Assembly: GCA_963677435.1 (NCBI GenBank)
Contig: OY781945.1
Span: forward strand, 3,040,001-3,104,000
Reading direction: 5' to 3'
Length of the DNA: 64,000 nucleotides
Source: an uncultured Aliarcobacter sp.
GTDB lineage: Bacteria > Campylobacterota > Campylobacteria > Campylobacterales > Arcobacteraceae
The translations under genes and the position numbers were made by a program. Numbering within the stretch: the stretch's first letter is position 1; each line of letters begins with the position of its first letter. A model generated the notes under the pieces. It had not been told where the DNA came from. It saw only the letters and a list, made by a program, of their open reading frames with translations, and made no database searches. This document shows positions 43,293-53,967 of the stretch, in pieces.

Positions 43293-44045
43293 ATGCAAGA
43301 TTTTATTGCAGAAGATGGAATTTCAAAAGAGATACTAAATTCAGCTAAACTTTTACAAGCTGTTCAAGTTAATGCACTTATTTTAGGGAATGCAGGTACA
43401 GGGAAAAAATCCTTAGCAAAATATATATTGCCTAATTCTGGCATTTATGAAGCTAAAAATTTGCAAAAAGACATTAGTGATGATATTCTTCTTCTACAAA
43501 ATGAAGCAATAATCATTGATAAAATAAATGAAATTACAAATATTGATATGTTTTTAAAATGGTTAGAAGATAATAATATTAGAGTTATAGCCATTTCAAA
43601 TACTGAAAATTTAAATCAGAAATTAAAAGATATTTTTTCAATTAATCTTGAAATTCCCAATCTAAATAAAAGAGAAGAAGATACAAAAGCTTTAGTAAAT
43701 AAGTTTTCACAAGAAGCCAGTTCTATTTTAGATTTACCTAAAATCCCCTCTTCAAAACTCATAGTTAATATTTCAAATAATACCCATAGTCTAAGGAAAT
43801 CTATCTATTTTTCATACCTTTTTGAAACAATTGGAGAACATGAGATTTTAATGTTCCTTGAAAAATACCTAAGTGAAAATTTAAAGGGTGAAAACTCTTA
43901 CAAAGATTTATCATATATTTTTGAAGTTCCACTACTTAAAGCATCTACTAAAAAATACAAATCACAAGTTCAAGTTGCTAAACATCTAGGTTTAAATAGA
44001 ATTACATTACGAAAGAAATTGGAAATTTATAAAGATTTATTATGA
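43293..44045 (+). CDS. degenerate NtrC-type (AAA+ / Fis-HTH) transcriptional regulator without receiver domain
   Basis: Walker A GNAGTGKK, altered Walker B IIIDKI, no GAFTGA, C-terminal QVQVAKHLGLNRITLRKKL HTH. Confidence 0.88.
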   Translation: MQDFIAEDGISKEILNSAKLLQAVQVNALILGNAGTGKKSLAKYILPNSGIYEAKNLQKDISDDILLLQNEAIIIDKINEITNIDMFLKWLEDNNIRVIAISNTENLNQKLKDIFSINLEIPNLNKREEDTKALVNKFSQEASSILDLPKIPSSKLIVNISNNTHSLRKSIYFSYLFETIGEHEILMFLEKYLSENLKGENSYKDLSYIFEVPLLKASTKKYKSQVQVAKHLGLNRITLRKKLEIYKDLL

Positions 44046-46582
44046 TTGATTTAAATATACAAATTGAAGAGTTAATTTCAAATAATGCTACTGATTTTCA
44101 AATCTCAAAAATTTTCAAAAATTATTATAAAAACTATTTAGACTCAATTGATACCACAGTTGAGACAACAGGTGGAAAAGATTTTTTTATAAAACATACA
44201 AAACATACTGATAAATTTTTAATTTTACTTTATAAGTATATTTTACGAAAGAATTTTGCTTCGCATCAACCTATGAGTACATCAATTCCAATTAGTTTAA
44301 TTGCACTTGGATCTTATGGAAGAGAACAACTTTGTATCTATTCTGATATTGATATTATGATTTTATATGAAAATATCAAAGGTTATAATTTAAAAGGAAT
44401 CATGGAAGAGTTTATAACTCTTGCATGGGATTGTGGATTAAAATTAGGTTCAAGAGTTCATGAACTAAAAGAGATAAGCGAAGCAGTAAAAGAAGATATT
44501 ACAATCAAAAGTTCTATTTTAGAATCAAGATTAATTTATGGTTCTAAGATTTTGTGGTATGGCTATGAAAATGTTTTAAGTAAAATTAGAAAAACAGATC
44601 AAAAAGGTTTTATATTAGACAAACTAGAAGAACATAAACAAAGACTTTTAAAATATCCATTAACTATGGAGCCAAATATTAAAGATGGTTATGGTGGGAT
44701 TAGAGAATCTAATATGATGTATTGGATGGCAAATATTTTATATGGCGTTACAAATACTAAAGAGTTAATTGGAATTCAATATACAGAAGATGAATATAAA
44801 AAATATAGACAAGCTTTAGAGTTTATATTTCAAGTAAGAAATGCTTTACATAATATTGCAAGAAAAAAACTAGACCAAGTAACCCTTGATGTTTTGCCTG
44901 ATTTAAGTTTAAAACTTGGATTTAAAAATAAACCAAGATATACAAAAGATAGACAATGTATGTCTAAAATTTTGTCTTGTTTACACATAATCCATAATTT
45001 CACAGCAACTATGGTTAAAAAATTCACTAGAGAAACTCTTTTTGAAGCATCAAATATAAGTAAATTAAAAAAATTAAGATTCAAAAAAAATCTTTTTATT
45101 TTAAACAATACCTTGTACTGTTCATTCCATAGAAAAGAACAAACTTTAAATTCATTCTTAAAAGAGTTAATTGAGCTTCCAATAGAAGTTGAAAGATTTG
45201 ATAGATCTTACATCTATTATGCTAGTAAAGTAAAAATACCAAATGTTCAAACGAAAGAGTTGAAAAAAAATATAAAAACTATTTTGTGTAAACCTAATTT
45301 ATATCAACTGATGAAACTAATTTATAATGCAGGTTTATTCAGAGCCGTACTTCCAAGTACAAAAAAAATTATAGATCAACCTCAATTTGATGGTTATCAT
45401 ACGCATCCTGTGGATATTCACTCTTTAAAAACTTTAATGTTTTCTCAAAATATCGAAAATGAGTATATAAAATCAATATTTGATGAGTTAACAAGTGAAC
45501 AAAAAATATTAGTAAGATTAGTCTCTTTTTTTCATGATATTGGAAAGGGAAGAACAGATGATCATCATATAATTGGAGAAAAATTATTTAAAAGTATGAT
45601 GAAATCATTTGATTTTAGTGAAGAGTTCATAAAACTAGGCGCAAGACTTGTAAGATATCATAATATGATGTCTTATATGGCAACCCATGAAGATATATAT
45701 TCTGAAAAAACTATTTTAAATTTTACTGGTTTAATTAAAACAAAAGAGGCACTAAAACTTTTATATGCAATTACATATAGTGATATTTCAGCAGTGGGTA
45801 AAAATATTTTTAATAGTTCAACAGAATCACTTTTAAAACAACTTTATATTCAATCTCTTCCTGCTTTTGAAGATGAAGACTTTTTAACTGAGAGTAGAAG
45901 AAGAATTGCAAAACAAAATGCAATTAAGAAGCTTGACAAATATAAAGAATTACCAGTCATGCTACAAAAGAAAATTATGTATATAGCTTCAAATCAAATC
46001 TTTTTAAGATTAAAAGCTGAAGATATTTTGGACATTGCAATAAAAGCAAAAAATGTTGAATCATATATTTATAAAGTAATAAATGACTCTCAATTAACAA
46101 TTAGAATAATCAGAAAATCACCTTTAAATTTAGGATATTTATTAGGGAAATTAGAGTTTTTAAATATTGCTTCTATGAATATTTTTAAACTTTATGATAA
46201 TAAAAAAGCTTTTGATATCACTTTTTCAGAAAAAATTGATACTGAAGATCTGTTTTTTATTGAAGAGATAATAAAAGACTCTTTTGACATGAGTAAAACA
46301 ACAGTTACAAAAACTCCAATTATAAAAAGAGATGGAATAAAAATTGATTGTAACCACTCTTCATATTTGGCCTCAATGCAACTTATAGCAAAAGATCAGA
46401 AGGGTTTATTTGCCTATATTGCTAGAATTTTTGATGATTTTAAATTAGAAATAGAAAGTGCAAAACTTCATACATTAAATGGCTATGCAAGGGATTTGAT
46501 ATTAATAGAGAAAAATGGTAATTTTTGTTCAAAACAAAATGAAGTTTTGGATTTAATTTGCGTAAATGAAGAAAGAGATTAA
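44042..46582 (+). CDS. glnD: [protein-PII] uridylyltransferase / uridylyl-removing enzyme
   Basis: ALGSYGREQL..SDIDI nucleotidyltransferase, EPNIKDGYGGIRE, HD domain FHDIGKG, C-terminal ACT-like region; ATGA overlap with the regulator. Confidence 0.9.
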   Translation: MIDLNIQIEELISNNATDFQISKIFKNYYKNYLDSIDTTVETTGGKDFFIKHTKHTDKFLILLYKYILRKNFASHQPMSTSIPISLIALGSYGREQLCIYSDIDIMILYENIKGYNLKGIMEEFITLAWDCGLKLGSRVHELKEISEAVKEDITIKSSILESRLIYGSKILWYGYENVLSKIRKTDQKGFILDKLEEHKQRLLKYPLTMEPNIKDGYGGIRESNMMYWMANILYGVTNTKELIGIQYTEDEYKKYRQALEFIFQVRNALHNIARKKLDQVTLDVLPDLSLKLGFKNKPRYTKDRQCMSKILSCLHIIHNFTATMVKKFTRETLFEASNISKLKKLRFKKNLFILNNTLYCSFHRKEQTLNSFLKELIELPIEVERFDRSYIYYASKVKIPNVQTKELKKNIKTILCKPNLYQLMKLIYNAGLFRAVLPSTKKIIDQPQFDGYHTHPVDIHSLKTLMFSQNIENEYIKSIFDELTSEQKILVRLVSFFHDIGKGRTDDHHIIGEKLFKSMMKSFDFSEEFIKLGARLVRYHNMMSYMATHEDIYSEKTILNFTGLIKTKEALKLLYAITYSDISAVGKNIFNSSTESLLKQLYIQSLPAFEDEDFLTESRRRIAKQNAIKKLDKYKELPVMLQKKIMYIASNQIFLRLKAEDILDIAIKAKNVESYIYKVINDSQLTIRIIRKSPLNLGYLLGKLEFLNIASMNIFKLYDNKKAFDITFSEKIDTEDLFFIEEIIKDSFDMSKTTVTKTPIIKRDGIKIDCNHSSYLASMQLIAKDQKGLFAYIARIFDDFKLEIESAKLHTLNGYARDLILIEKNGNFCSKQNEVLDLICVNEERD

Positions 46583-46667
46583 ATTTTTAAATTAATTATA
46601 AAGATAATTTAATTCTATTCTTTATTATGATAAAATCAAGAACTTTGTAACTATTTTAAGGTCTTGA

Positions 46668-47660
46668 ATGCAAATTTCGAAATATCTTTTTTTTCTTTTT
46701 CTCTTTAATCTTTTAAACTTAAATGCCGAACAATTTAATCAAGCTAAAATTGCATATATTGCAACAAATATGTCTATTCCTTTTTGGGAAATTATGTCAA
46801 ATGGAGCTATAAATAGCGCTAAAAGACTTGGATATAATATTGAAATATTTGATTCTGAAAATGATAATAAAAAAGAACTTGAAAATACAATAAAAGCAAT
46901 AAATGAAAAAGTTTCAGGAATTATAATCTCTCCAAATAACTCTTCTTCTTGTGCAACAATTCTAAAACTTGCAAAAAAAGCTAATATTCCTGTGATAATT
47001 TCTGATATAGGTTCTGAATCAGATAACTATATTTCTTATATATCTTCAGATAATGAAGAAGCTGCTTATGAGATAGGAAAAGTTCTAGGACAGCAATTAA
47101 ACCAATTAAATATTGAAAATCCTAAAGTTGCCATAATTGCAATTTCACAAAAAAGAATAAATGCACAACAAAGAACAAGTGGTTTTGTAAAAGCAATGAC
47201 AGATTTTTCTATAAAAACTATAGATATAAAACAACAAATTAACTTTTCAAAAAAAGAGACATATAATTTTACAAAAGAGATAATAGAAAAAACTCCAGAT
47301 TTAAATGCCATTTGGCTTCAAACTTCAAATGAATATCAAGCAGCTTTAGATGCGATTAATGATAGTGGGAAAAAAGATAAAATACTACTTCTTACTTTTG
47401 ATGCTGAACCAGAATTTCTAGATTTAATTTTAAATAAAACTATTCTTGCATCAGCAATGCAACAACCTTTTTTGATGGGAGAACAAGCAGTAATTACTTT
47501 AGATAAATATTTACATAAAAAAGAAATTAAGAAAAATTATAAATTATCAGTTCTTACTATTTCAAAAGAAAATATTAAAGATAATTTACCAATTATAAAA
47601 AGAAATGTTTTTGGTATAGTTGAGAAAAACAATTCGAGTATACAAGTAAATGATAAATAA
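46668..47660 (+). CDS. periplasmic sugar-binding-type protein (RbsB/type I PBP fold)
   Basis: Signal peptide, PFW, GIIISP, IPVIISD, ISSDN, R..GF, FD, QQPFLMG. Confidence 0.88.
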   Translation: MQISKYLFFLFLFNLLNLNAEQFNQAKIAYIATNMSIPFWEIMSNGAINSAKRLGYNIEIFDSENDNKKELENTIKAINEKVSGIIISPNNSSSCATILKLAKKANIPVIISDIGSESDNYISYISSDNEEAAYEIGKVLGQQLNQLNIENPKVAIIAISQKRINAQQRTSGFVKAMTDFSIKTIDIKQQINFSKKETYNFTKEIIEKTPDLNAIWLQTSNEYQAALDAINDSGKKDKILLLTFDAEPEFLDLILNKTILASAMQQPFLMGEQAVITLDKYLHKKEIKKNYKLSVLTISKENIKDNLPIIKRNVFGIVEKNNSSIQVNDK

Positions 47661-49854
47661 TATTTTTAAAATTAAAAAGTCTTTATACTTTATTCTTAGC
47701 ACAATTATAGTTTTAACTGTTACTATTATAATCAGCATAAATTCAATTTATAGTTATACAAATACAAAAAATTATATTATCAATAATATAAATGATGAAT
47801 CAGATAGTATAATTATTGAACTAAAAAACAATATTACAAACCTTATATCTTCATACTCTGTAAATGAATATGAGAAATTTTTATATTCACAACTAGATTC
47901 AAAAAAAATCTTATTTGCTATTGTTCTAAAAGATTATAATTTAGGCAAACTAATGGGAAAAGAGTATGAAGTTTATGGAAAGATTAGAGATAAGAACTGG
48001 AATATTATTGACTATGATGCTCAAAATAAGCAGCAAAAAGAGTTATTATCTTTGGCTTATTTTAAAAAAGATTTTGATATCACAAATGATAAAGCACAAA
48101 AAATCGGAACAATTTGTATATATATTTCAAATAAAACACTAAATGAAGAATTAGACCAAATTATTTATAATAACATTGCAGAAGCGTTAGTTATCTCTTC
48201 AATTCTCATATTATCTCTATTTTTAACAATAAGATATTTCATTTTAATTCCTCTTTCTAACATGATAAAAATCATAGACAATACAGATAAAAATGGTATT
48301 CCAACTGAAAACTTTTCTTTAAATGGTTCAAAGGAGATATTTTTACTTTCTAATACTATGAATAATATGATTAATACCATAAAAAATTCAAGAAAAACTT
48401 TATTAGATAATGAGGAAAAATTAAAAACTCTTTTACAATTAAGCCCTATTGCTGTAAGAATTGCAATAAATGAAGGAGAAAAAATTGTTTTTGCTAATAA
48501 TTCATATCTAAAATTACTTAAAATACATTATAAAGAACTTTATACAAAGAATCCAAAAGATTACTATCAAAAAGAATCTGTATATCACGATATTCTTAAC
48601 TCATTAGATAAAAATAGAAAAATAGAAAATAAACTTATACCTTTAAATATCGATAACATAGAAATTTGGGTGATTGCATCTTATATAAATATTGTTTATG
48701 ATGGAGAAAAAGCTGTAATTGGATGGTTGTATGATGTTACTGATAAAATTAAAATCCAAAAACAAATTGAAGAACAAAAAAATGAATTTGAAACAATTTT
48801 TAATTATTCAATTGACGGTTTAGCAATAATAGATTTAAAAAGTAATTTCTTAAGATTTAATGCTCCATACATGAAAATGACAAAATTTACAAGAAAAGAG
48901 TTATTGAAAACATCTTTTATAAAACTTATCAATAGTGAAGATTTGGAAAAAACAAAAGTTGCCTTACAAAGTATTATTGAAACCAAATTTATTACAGATT
49001 ACGAGATAACTTGCTTATCAAAAGACAATAGAAATATAACAGTTAGTATGTCTATGGTTTTACTTCCTGATAAAAAAAGAATTCTTTTAAGTATAAAAGA
49101 TATTACACAACATAAACTTATTGAATCTCAATCAAAATTAGCTTCAATGGGAGAAATGATTGGAAATATTGCCCATCAATGGAGACAACCTCTAAGTTTA
49201 ATTTCTACAATTGCTAGTGGAATAAAAGTACAAGTTGAATTTGGCTTATTTGATGAAAAGATGCTGATTCCAGATATGGATAATATTATTAATCAAACAA
49301 ATTATTTATCAAATACTATAGATGATTTTAGAAATTTTATTAAAAATTCAAATGACAAAAGTGAAATTCTAATTTCAAATATAATAAAAAAAGTATTATC
49401 AATATTACACCCCTCAATTGTAAATCATAATATCAATGTAATTTTAGATATAAAAGATGATATGAAAATTGAAGCTTATGAAAATCAACTGATTCAAGCT
49501 TTAATAAATATTATTAATAATTCAAAGGATGCACTAAAAGAGAATATTAAAACTAATGAAATGAAACTCCTTTTTATTGAAACGAAAAATATAAAAGATC
49601 ATTTAATTTTAGAAATTAAAGATAATGCAGGAGGTATTCCAAAAAATATTATTGACAAAATTTTTGAACCATATTTTACTACTAAACACAAAAGTTTAGG
49701 AACAGGAATAGGATTATCAATCACTCATCAAATAATAACAAAACACCACCATGCAAATATCTTTGTATCAAATGAAACTTACGAATACGAAAATAAAATT
49801 TACACGGGAGCTTGTTTTACAATAATCTTTAATGATATAAAAGAATTAGCCTAA
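47650..49854 (+). CDS. PAS-domain sensor histidine kinase
   Basis: Two TMs, HAMP-like linker, two PAS-like segments, IAHQWRQPL, DNAGGI, GTGIGL. Confidence 0.93.
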   Translation: MINNIFKIKKSLYFILSTIIVLTVTIIISINSIYSYTNTKNYIINNINDESDSIIIELKNNITNLISSYSVNEYEKFLYSQLDSKKILFAIVLKDYNLGKLMGKEYEVYGKIRDKNWNIIDYDAQNKQQKELLSLAYFKKDFDITNDKAQKIGTICIYISNKTLNEELDQIIYNNIAEALVISSILILSLFLTIRYFILIPLSNMIKIIDNTDKNGIPTENFSLNGSKEIFLLSNTMNNMINTIKNSRKTLLDNEEKLKTLLQLSPIAVRIAINEGEKIVFANNSYLKLLKIHYKELYTKNPKDYYQKESVYHDILNSLDKNRKIENKLIPLNIDNIEIWVIASYINIVYDGEKAVIGWLYDVTDKIKIQKQIEEQKNEFETIFNYSIDGLAIIDLKSNFLRFNAPYMKMTKFTRKELLKTSFIKLINSEDLEKTKVALQSIIETKFITDYEITCLSKDNRNITVSMSMVLLPDKKRILLSIKDITQHKLIESQSKLASMGEMIGNIAHQWRQPLSLISTIASGIKVQVEFGLFDEKMLIPDMDNIINQTNYLSNTIDDFRNFIKNSNDKSEILISNIIKKVLSILHPSIVNHNINVILDIKDDMKIEAYENQLIQALINIINNSKDALKENIKTNEMKLLFIETKNIKDHLILEIKDNAGGIPKNIIDKIFEPYFTTKHKSLGTGIGLSITHQIITKHHHANIFVSNETYEYENKIYTGACFTIIFNDIKELA

Positions 49855-52800
49855 AGCTAACTCTTTCGCACCTTTAAAATCTTTTTTTCCAGTTCCTAGT
49901 TTTGGAATATCTTCTACTATTTTTACAGTTGAAGGAATCATTAGTTTATTATCAAAGCTGTTTATCATTTTCTCTTTTAGGTTTGTTACAAAATCTTCAT
50001 TTACGTTTGAAATTAGAAGAATTATCTTTTCACCTTTTTTTTCATCTTCAATAGAAGTTACTATAAAATCAACCAAAGAGTCTTCACCTAAAGCTACAAT
50101 TTTTGAGATTTTTTCTTCAACAGCTCCAAGACTTATCATCTCTCCGCCAAGTTTTGCGAATCTTGAATATCTATCAACAATAGTTAAAAAACCATCTTCG
50201 TCTAATCTTCCTTTATCACCTGTGATATAGTAAGTTTTACCATTTAATTTTTTTAGAACTAGTGAAGTTTTTACCTCATCATTTAAATAACCTTTCATCA
50301 CTTGAATACCTGAAATTAAAATCATTCCCTCTTCTTTTGTAGGTAATTCTTCAAAAGTTTGAGGATCAACTATTTTTATCGTAGTTCCAGGAATTGCCAT
50401 TCCAACTGTTCCTATTTTATTACCAACTTGAACAGAAAAATCAGGAGCTAAAACATCGGGTAAATTACAAGCAGCAACTGGCGAAGTTTCACTTGTTCCA
50501 TATCCTTCTAAAATATCTTTTCCAAATTTCTTTTTAAAATCATATCTTACATCTTCTCTTAGTTTTTCAGCACCAGCAACACAAAGTCGCAGACTTTCAA
50601 ACATCAAAGGATGAACTTTTGAGTTTTTAGTATATAGCCTAAAAAATGTAGAAGTTCCTGTCATAATTGTGGCTTTATATTGAGAAACTAATTTCCCCAA
50701 ACCTAAACCATCTGTTGGGTCTGGATGACAAACACATTTTATTCCCTCAATTAAAGGTAAAAATGTAGTAACAACTATTCCAAAAGCATGAAATAATGGT
50801 AAAGAACCTATCATAATATCCTCATCAGAAGCATTTATGATATTTGCAATTTGTTGAGAATTTCCTAAAATATTATCTCCACTTAATTCAACACCTTTGG
50901 GAGTTCCCTCACTTCCTGATGAGAATAAAATTAAAACCGTATCATTTTTTGAAGTTTTTGTTAAATGAATTGCTTTTAATATAAAACTTGGCATTAACTT
51001 AACACTAAAATATGTAGCTATTCCTTTTGGTCTTGAGATTTTTGCTTTTAAATCTTCCACATAAACAACCTCAACCAAGTCAAGAATCTCTTTTATATTT
51101 ATTCCTTTGTTTTCAAGTTTTTCAACAAACTTTTTTGAAGCAATGATAGTTTTTATTTGAGCTGTTTGAACAGCTGTTTTTAATGAGTTTAATTCACTAG
51201 TATAGTTTAGATTTATTATAGTTTTTCCCATCATTAATACTGAATAATTTATAAATGCACCAGCTGCTGTTGAAGGAAGTAATAAACCTATATTTTGCCC
51301 TTTAATTTCAGGCTTTAGCAGATTTTTAAACATAATAGAAACAGTTAAAAATCTCTCCCCACTTAATTCAAGTCCAGTTGAATCTGCAAAAATCATATTA
51401 GAACCAACTTCTTTTAATCTATCAAAAATCGTTTCACTCAATGGTTTTAAATCTTGGATATGTTCTTGCCATGATTTTGTAGAAAGCTTTATAAGTTCTT
51501 GTTTTATACTTATTATATTTGCTTTATCTTTTCTCATCATTCTTGAAAAAGATACTGTTACACTATTTGTTTTATTTGATTTTTTAAACTTTTTACTAGC
51601 TCTTGAGAACATAGATTCCCAAAGTCCACGAATATAAAAAGGAACAACTTTCACATCTGTAGTTGTTAATTCTAAAATTTTTTCAAAACCTTTTTTAAAC
51701 TCTCCTAAGTGACCATTTCTAGTGATTGCACCCTCTGGAAAAAGTACAACTACATTTCCCTCATCTAACTCCTTTGCTATTGTTTCAATTGTATTTTTAC
51801 TTGAACCATTTGAAATAGGAATTGCTTTGAAGATTTTTAAAAGCCAATGCAAATACCATTTTTCATAAATTGGTTTATGCATTACAAATCTTATTTCCCT
51901 TGGAGTTGCCATTAAAACAACAGCCCAATCTATCCATGAAATATGATTTCCTAAAAGTAAAACTCCACCTGATGAGGGAATATTTTTCACGCCATTTACT
52001 TCAAGATTATATTTTAAACCTACAATTCTTTTTAGAAATAATAAAATCAAAGATTGAGGTAGTTTATAAATTGTATATGATGTTCCAATTACTGTAATTA
52101 ATAAAATCAAATAAAGTGTATTTAAGGGATTTAAATCATAATAAGAAACTGCTGTTGTAAGACTTAACATTAAAAACATAGCTAATGAATTAAACCAGTT
52201 ATTTCCAGCAAGTATAGTTCCTAAAACTCTTTTTTTAGCATTAAATTGAATTAAGGCATTTAAAGGAACAACAAATAATCCTCCAAAAATACCAAATACT
52301 AAAAAACTAACTCCCAAAAGAAATGGTGTTTGAACAACTGTTGAGATATAAATCATCAAAGCCATTCCCATAGCAGCTAGGGGAATTGTTCCTATTTCTA
52401 TATAGTGTTTTGAGATTTTTGAATACAAAATTGAACCAATTGCAATTCCAACTCCTGAAGCTCCAATTACTCCATTTATCATAAACACATCAGTGATTCC
52501 TAAATACTGTTTTACATAAGAGGGAAATACAGCCATTAAAGCTTGTGAAACTCCCCAAAATACTGATAAACCTATAACAGCTAAAGATATGATATTGTTT
52601 GAAAATATAGTTTGTATGTTTTTAGATAGTAGTTTTCCTTGGAATAAATCATTTTTATTCAAAGTTAGTGTTTCATTTTTTGTGTAAGTTGTATTTATTC
52701 TTCTTAAAAATATAAATGAAACTGCCATTTCTAAAAAAGCAACTGGTAAAATATAATATGTCAAAGGCAATATTGCTTTTAACATCTCTTCTTTTGTAGT

Positions 52801-53325
52801 TAATATTGCTAAATTATTCACATCATAATAATTTTCAAAAACAAAAGATGCAGTTGCAATTGAAAATAAAATAGCAATTATTGAAATAGCTTGTAAAACT
52901 GCATTTCCAGTTGAAAGCTCTTTTTTACCATAAATATCAATAATAAGTCCAAATTTTGCAGGTGAATAAATAGCACTTTGAACGGCTAATAAAACTAAAG
53001 AGAACATAGCAAAATAGAAATTTTCACTTGCATATGAAATTACCATCAACACGGATAAACAAAAAGATGAAACTGCCCCATAAATCAAAATATTCTTTTT
53101 ATTATATTTATCAGACAAATATCCACTAACAGTAAACAAAAGTAAAAATGGAATAATTATCAAAGCATTAATAAGCGATATCCAAATAACCTGATTGCTT
53201 CCATCAAATACTTTAAATGCAATATTTTGCAAAAATACTTTATGTGCAATATCTACAATTACATTACAAAAAACAACAAATAAAAATGCTGCTTTTATTG
53301 CTGTTATGTTTGCTATTTTCTTCAT
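49846..53325 (-). CDS. aas: acyl-ACP--phospholipid O-acyltransferase / acyl-ACP synthetase fused to an MFS (LplT-like) domain
   Basis: N-terminal MFS, NHISWID and FPEG acyltransferase motifs, FSSGSEGTPKG AMP-binding motif, YITGD. Confidence 0.95.
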   Translation of the reverse strand: MKKIANITAIKAAFLFVVFCNVIVDIAHKVFLQNIAFKVFDGSNQVIWISLINALIIIPFLLLFTVSGYLSDKYNKKNILIYGAVSSFCLSVLMVISYASENFYFAMFSLVLLAVQSAIYSPAKFGLIIDIYGKKELSTGNAVLQAISIIAILFSIATASFVFENYYDVNNLAILTTKEEMLKAILPLTYYILPVAFLEMAVSFIFLRRINTTYTKNETLTLNKNDLFQGKLLSKNIQTIFSNNIISLAVIGLSVFWGVSQALMAVFPSYVKQYLGITDVFMINGVIGASGVGIAIGSILYSKISKHYIEIGTIPLAAMGMALMIYISTVVQTPFLLGVSFLVFGIFGGLFVVPLNALIQFNAKKRVLGTILAGNNWFNSLAMFLMLSLTTAVSYYDLNPLNTLYLILLITVIGTSYTIYKLPQSLILLFLKRIVGLKYNLEVNGVKNIPSSGGVLLLGNHISWIDWAVVLMATPREIRFVMHKPIYEKWYLHWLLKIFKAIPISNGSSKNTIETIAKELDEGNVVVLFPEGAITRNGHLGEFKKGFEKILELTTTDVKVVPFYIRGLWESMFSRASKKFKKSNKTNSVTVSFSRMMRKDKANIISIKQELIKLSTKSWQEHIQDLKPLSETIFDRLKEVGSNMIFADSTGLELSGERFLTVSIMFKNLLKPEIKGQNIGLLLPSTAAGAFINYSVLMMGKTIINLNYTSELNSLKTAVQTAQIKTIIASKKFVEKLENKGINIKEILDLVEVVYVEDLKAKISRPKGIATYFSVKLMPSFILKAIHLTKTSKNDTVLILFSSGSEGTPKGVELSGDNILGNSQQIANIINASDEDIMIGSLPLFHAFGIVVTTFLPLIEGIKCVCHPDPTDGLGLGKLVSQYKATIMTGTSTFFRLYTKNSKVHPLMFESLRLCVAGAEKLREDVRYDFKKKFGKDILEGYGTSETSPVAACNLPDVLAPDFSVQVGNKIGTVGMAIPGTTIKIVDPQTFEELPTKEEGMILISGIQVMKGYLNDEVKTSLVLKKLNGKTYYITGDKGRLDEDGFLTIVDRYSRFAKLGGEMISLGAVEEKISKIVALGEDSLVDFIVTSIEDEKKGEKIILLISNVNEDFVTNLKEKMINSFDNKLMIPSTVKIVEDIPKLGTGKKDFKGAKELALG

Positions 53326-53966
53326 CCCTTATCCTTAATTAAATTTATATTATGAGTTAAATTTGCTTCAAAAAACTCTTTTAAACTTTCATTTAAAGTA
53401 TGTGAATTTTCTGGTACAGCTATTGCATCTCCTATAACTATTTGGCAATTAAAAGGTACAAATAAAGCTTCACCTTTTGGTAAAGTATTTCCTAGTCCTT
53501 GCATAGCAACTGGAAAAATAGGAATATCTTTTTTATCTTTTAATAAATAATATAAACCTTTTTTTAATCTAGTCATTTGTTCTGGTTTACCTCTACTTCC
53601 TTCTGGAAAAAGTATCAAAACATCACCATTTTGTAAAGCTTCATGGGGCTTTTTAAAAAGTTCTTCTTGGGTGCTATCTCCTGATCTATCTAAAGGAATA
53701 ATATCTATACAATTTGTAGAAATCCAAGAGATAAATCTATTTTTCATAAAATAATCAGCTGCTGCAACTGGACGAATTTTGTGAATTTTCGATAATGGAT
53801 ATAAACTCATGATTACCAATGTATCTAAATGACTATTATGATTTGGAGCAATAACTGCTCCACCTTCTGGTAGATTTTCCCTACCTCTTATATTTAATCC
53901 TAAAACAACAAAAACTACTGGTTTTACAATTAAAGCAAAAAATAAAATTTTAATTACTCTTTTCAT
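53322..53966 (-). CDS. lysophospholipid acyltransferase (PlsC family)
   Basis: NHNSHLD and FPEGSRG motifs. Confidence 0.93.
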   Translation of the reverse strand: MKRVIKILFFALIVKPVVFVVLGLNIRGRENLPEGGAVIAPNHNSHLDTLVIMSLYPLSKIHKIRPVAAADYFMKNRFISWISTNCIDIIPLDRSGDSTQEELFKKPHEALQNGDVLILFPEGSRGKPEQMTRLKKGLYYLLKDKKDIPIFPVAMQGLGNTLPKGEALFVPFNCQIVIGDAIAVPENSHTLNESLKEFFEANLTHNINLIKDKG

Positions 53967-53967
53967 A

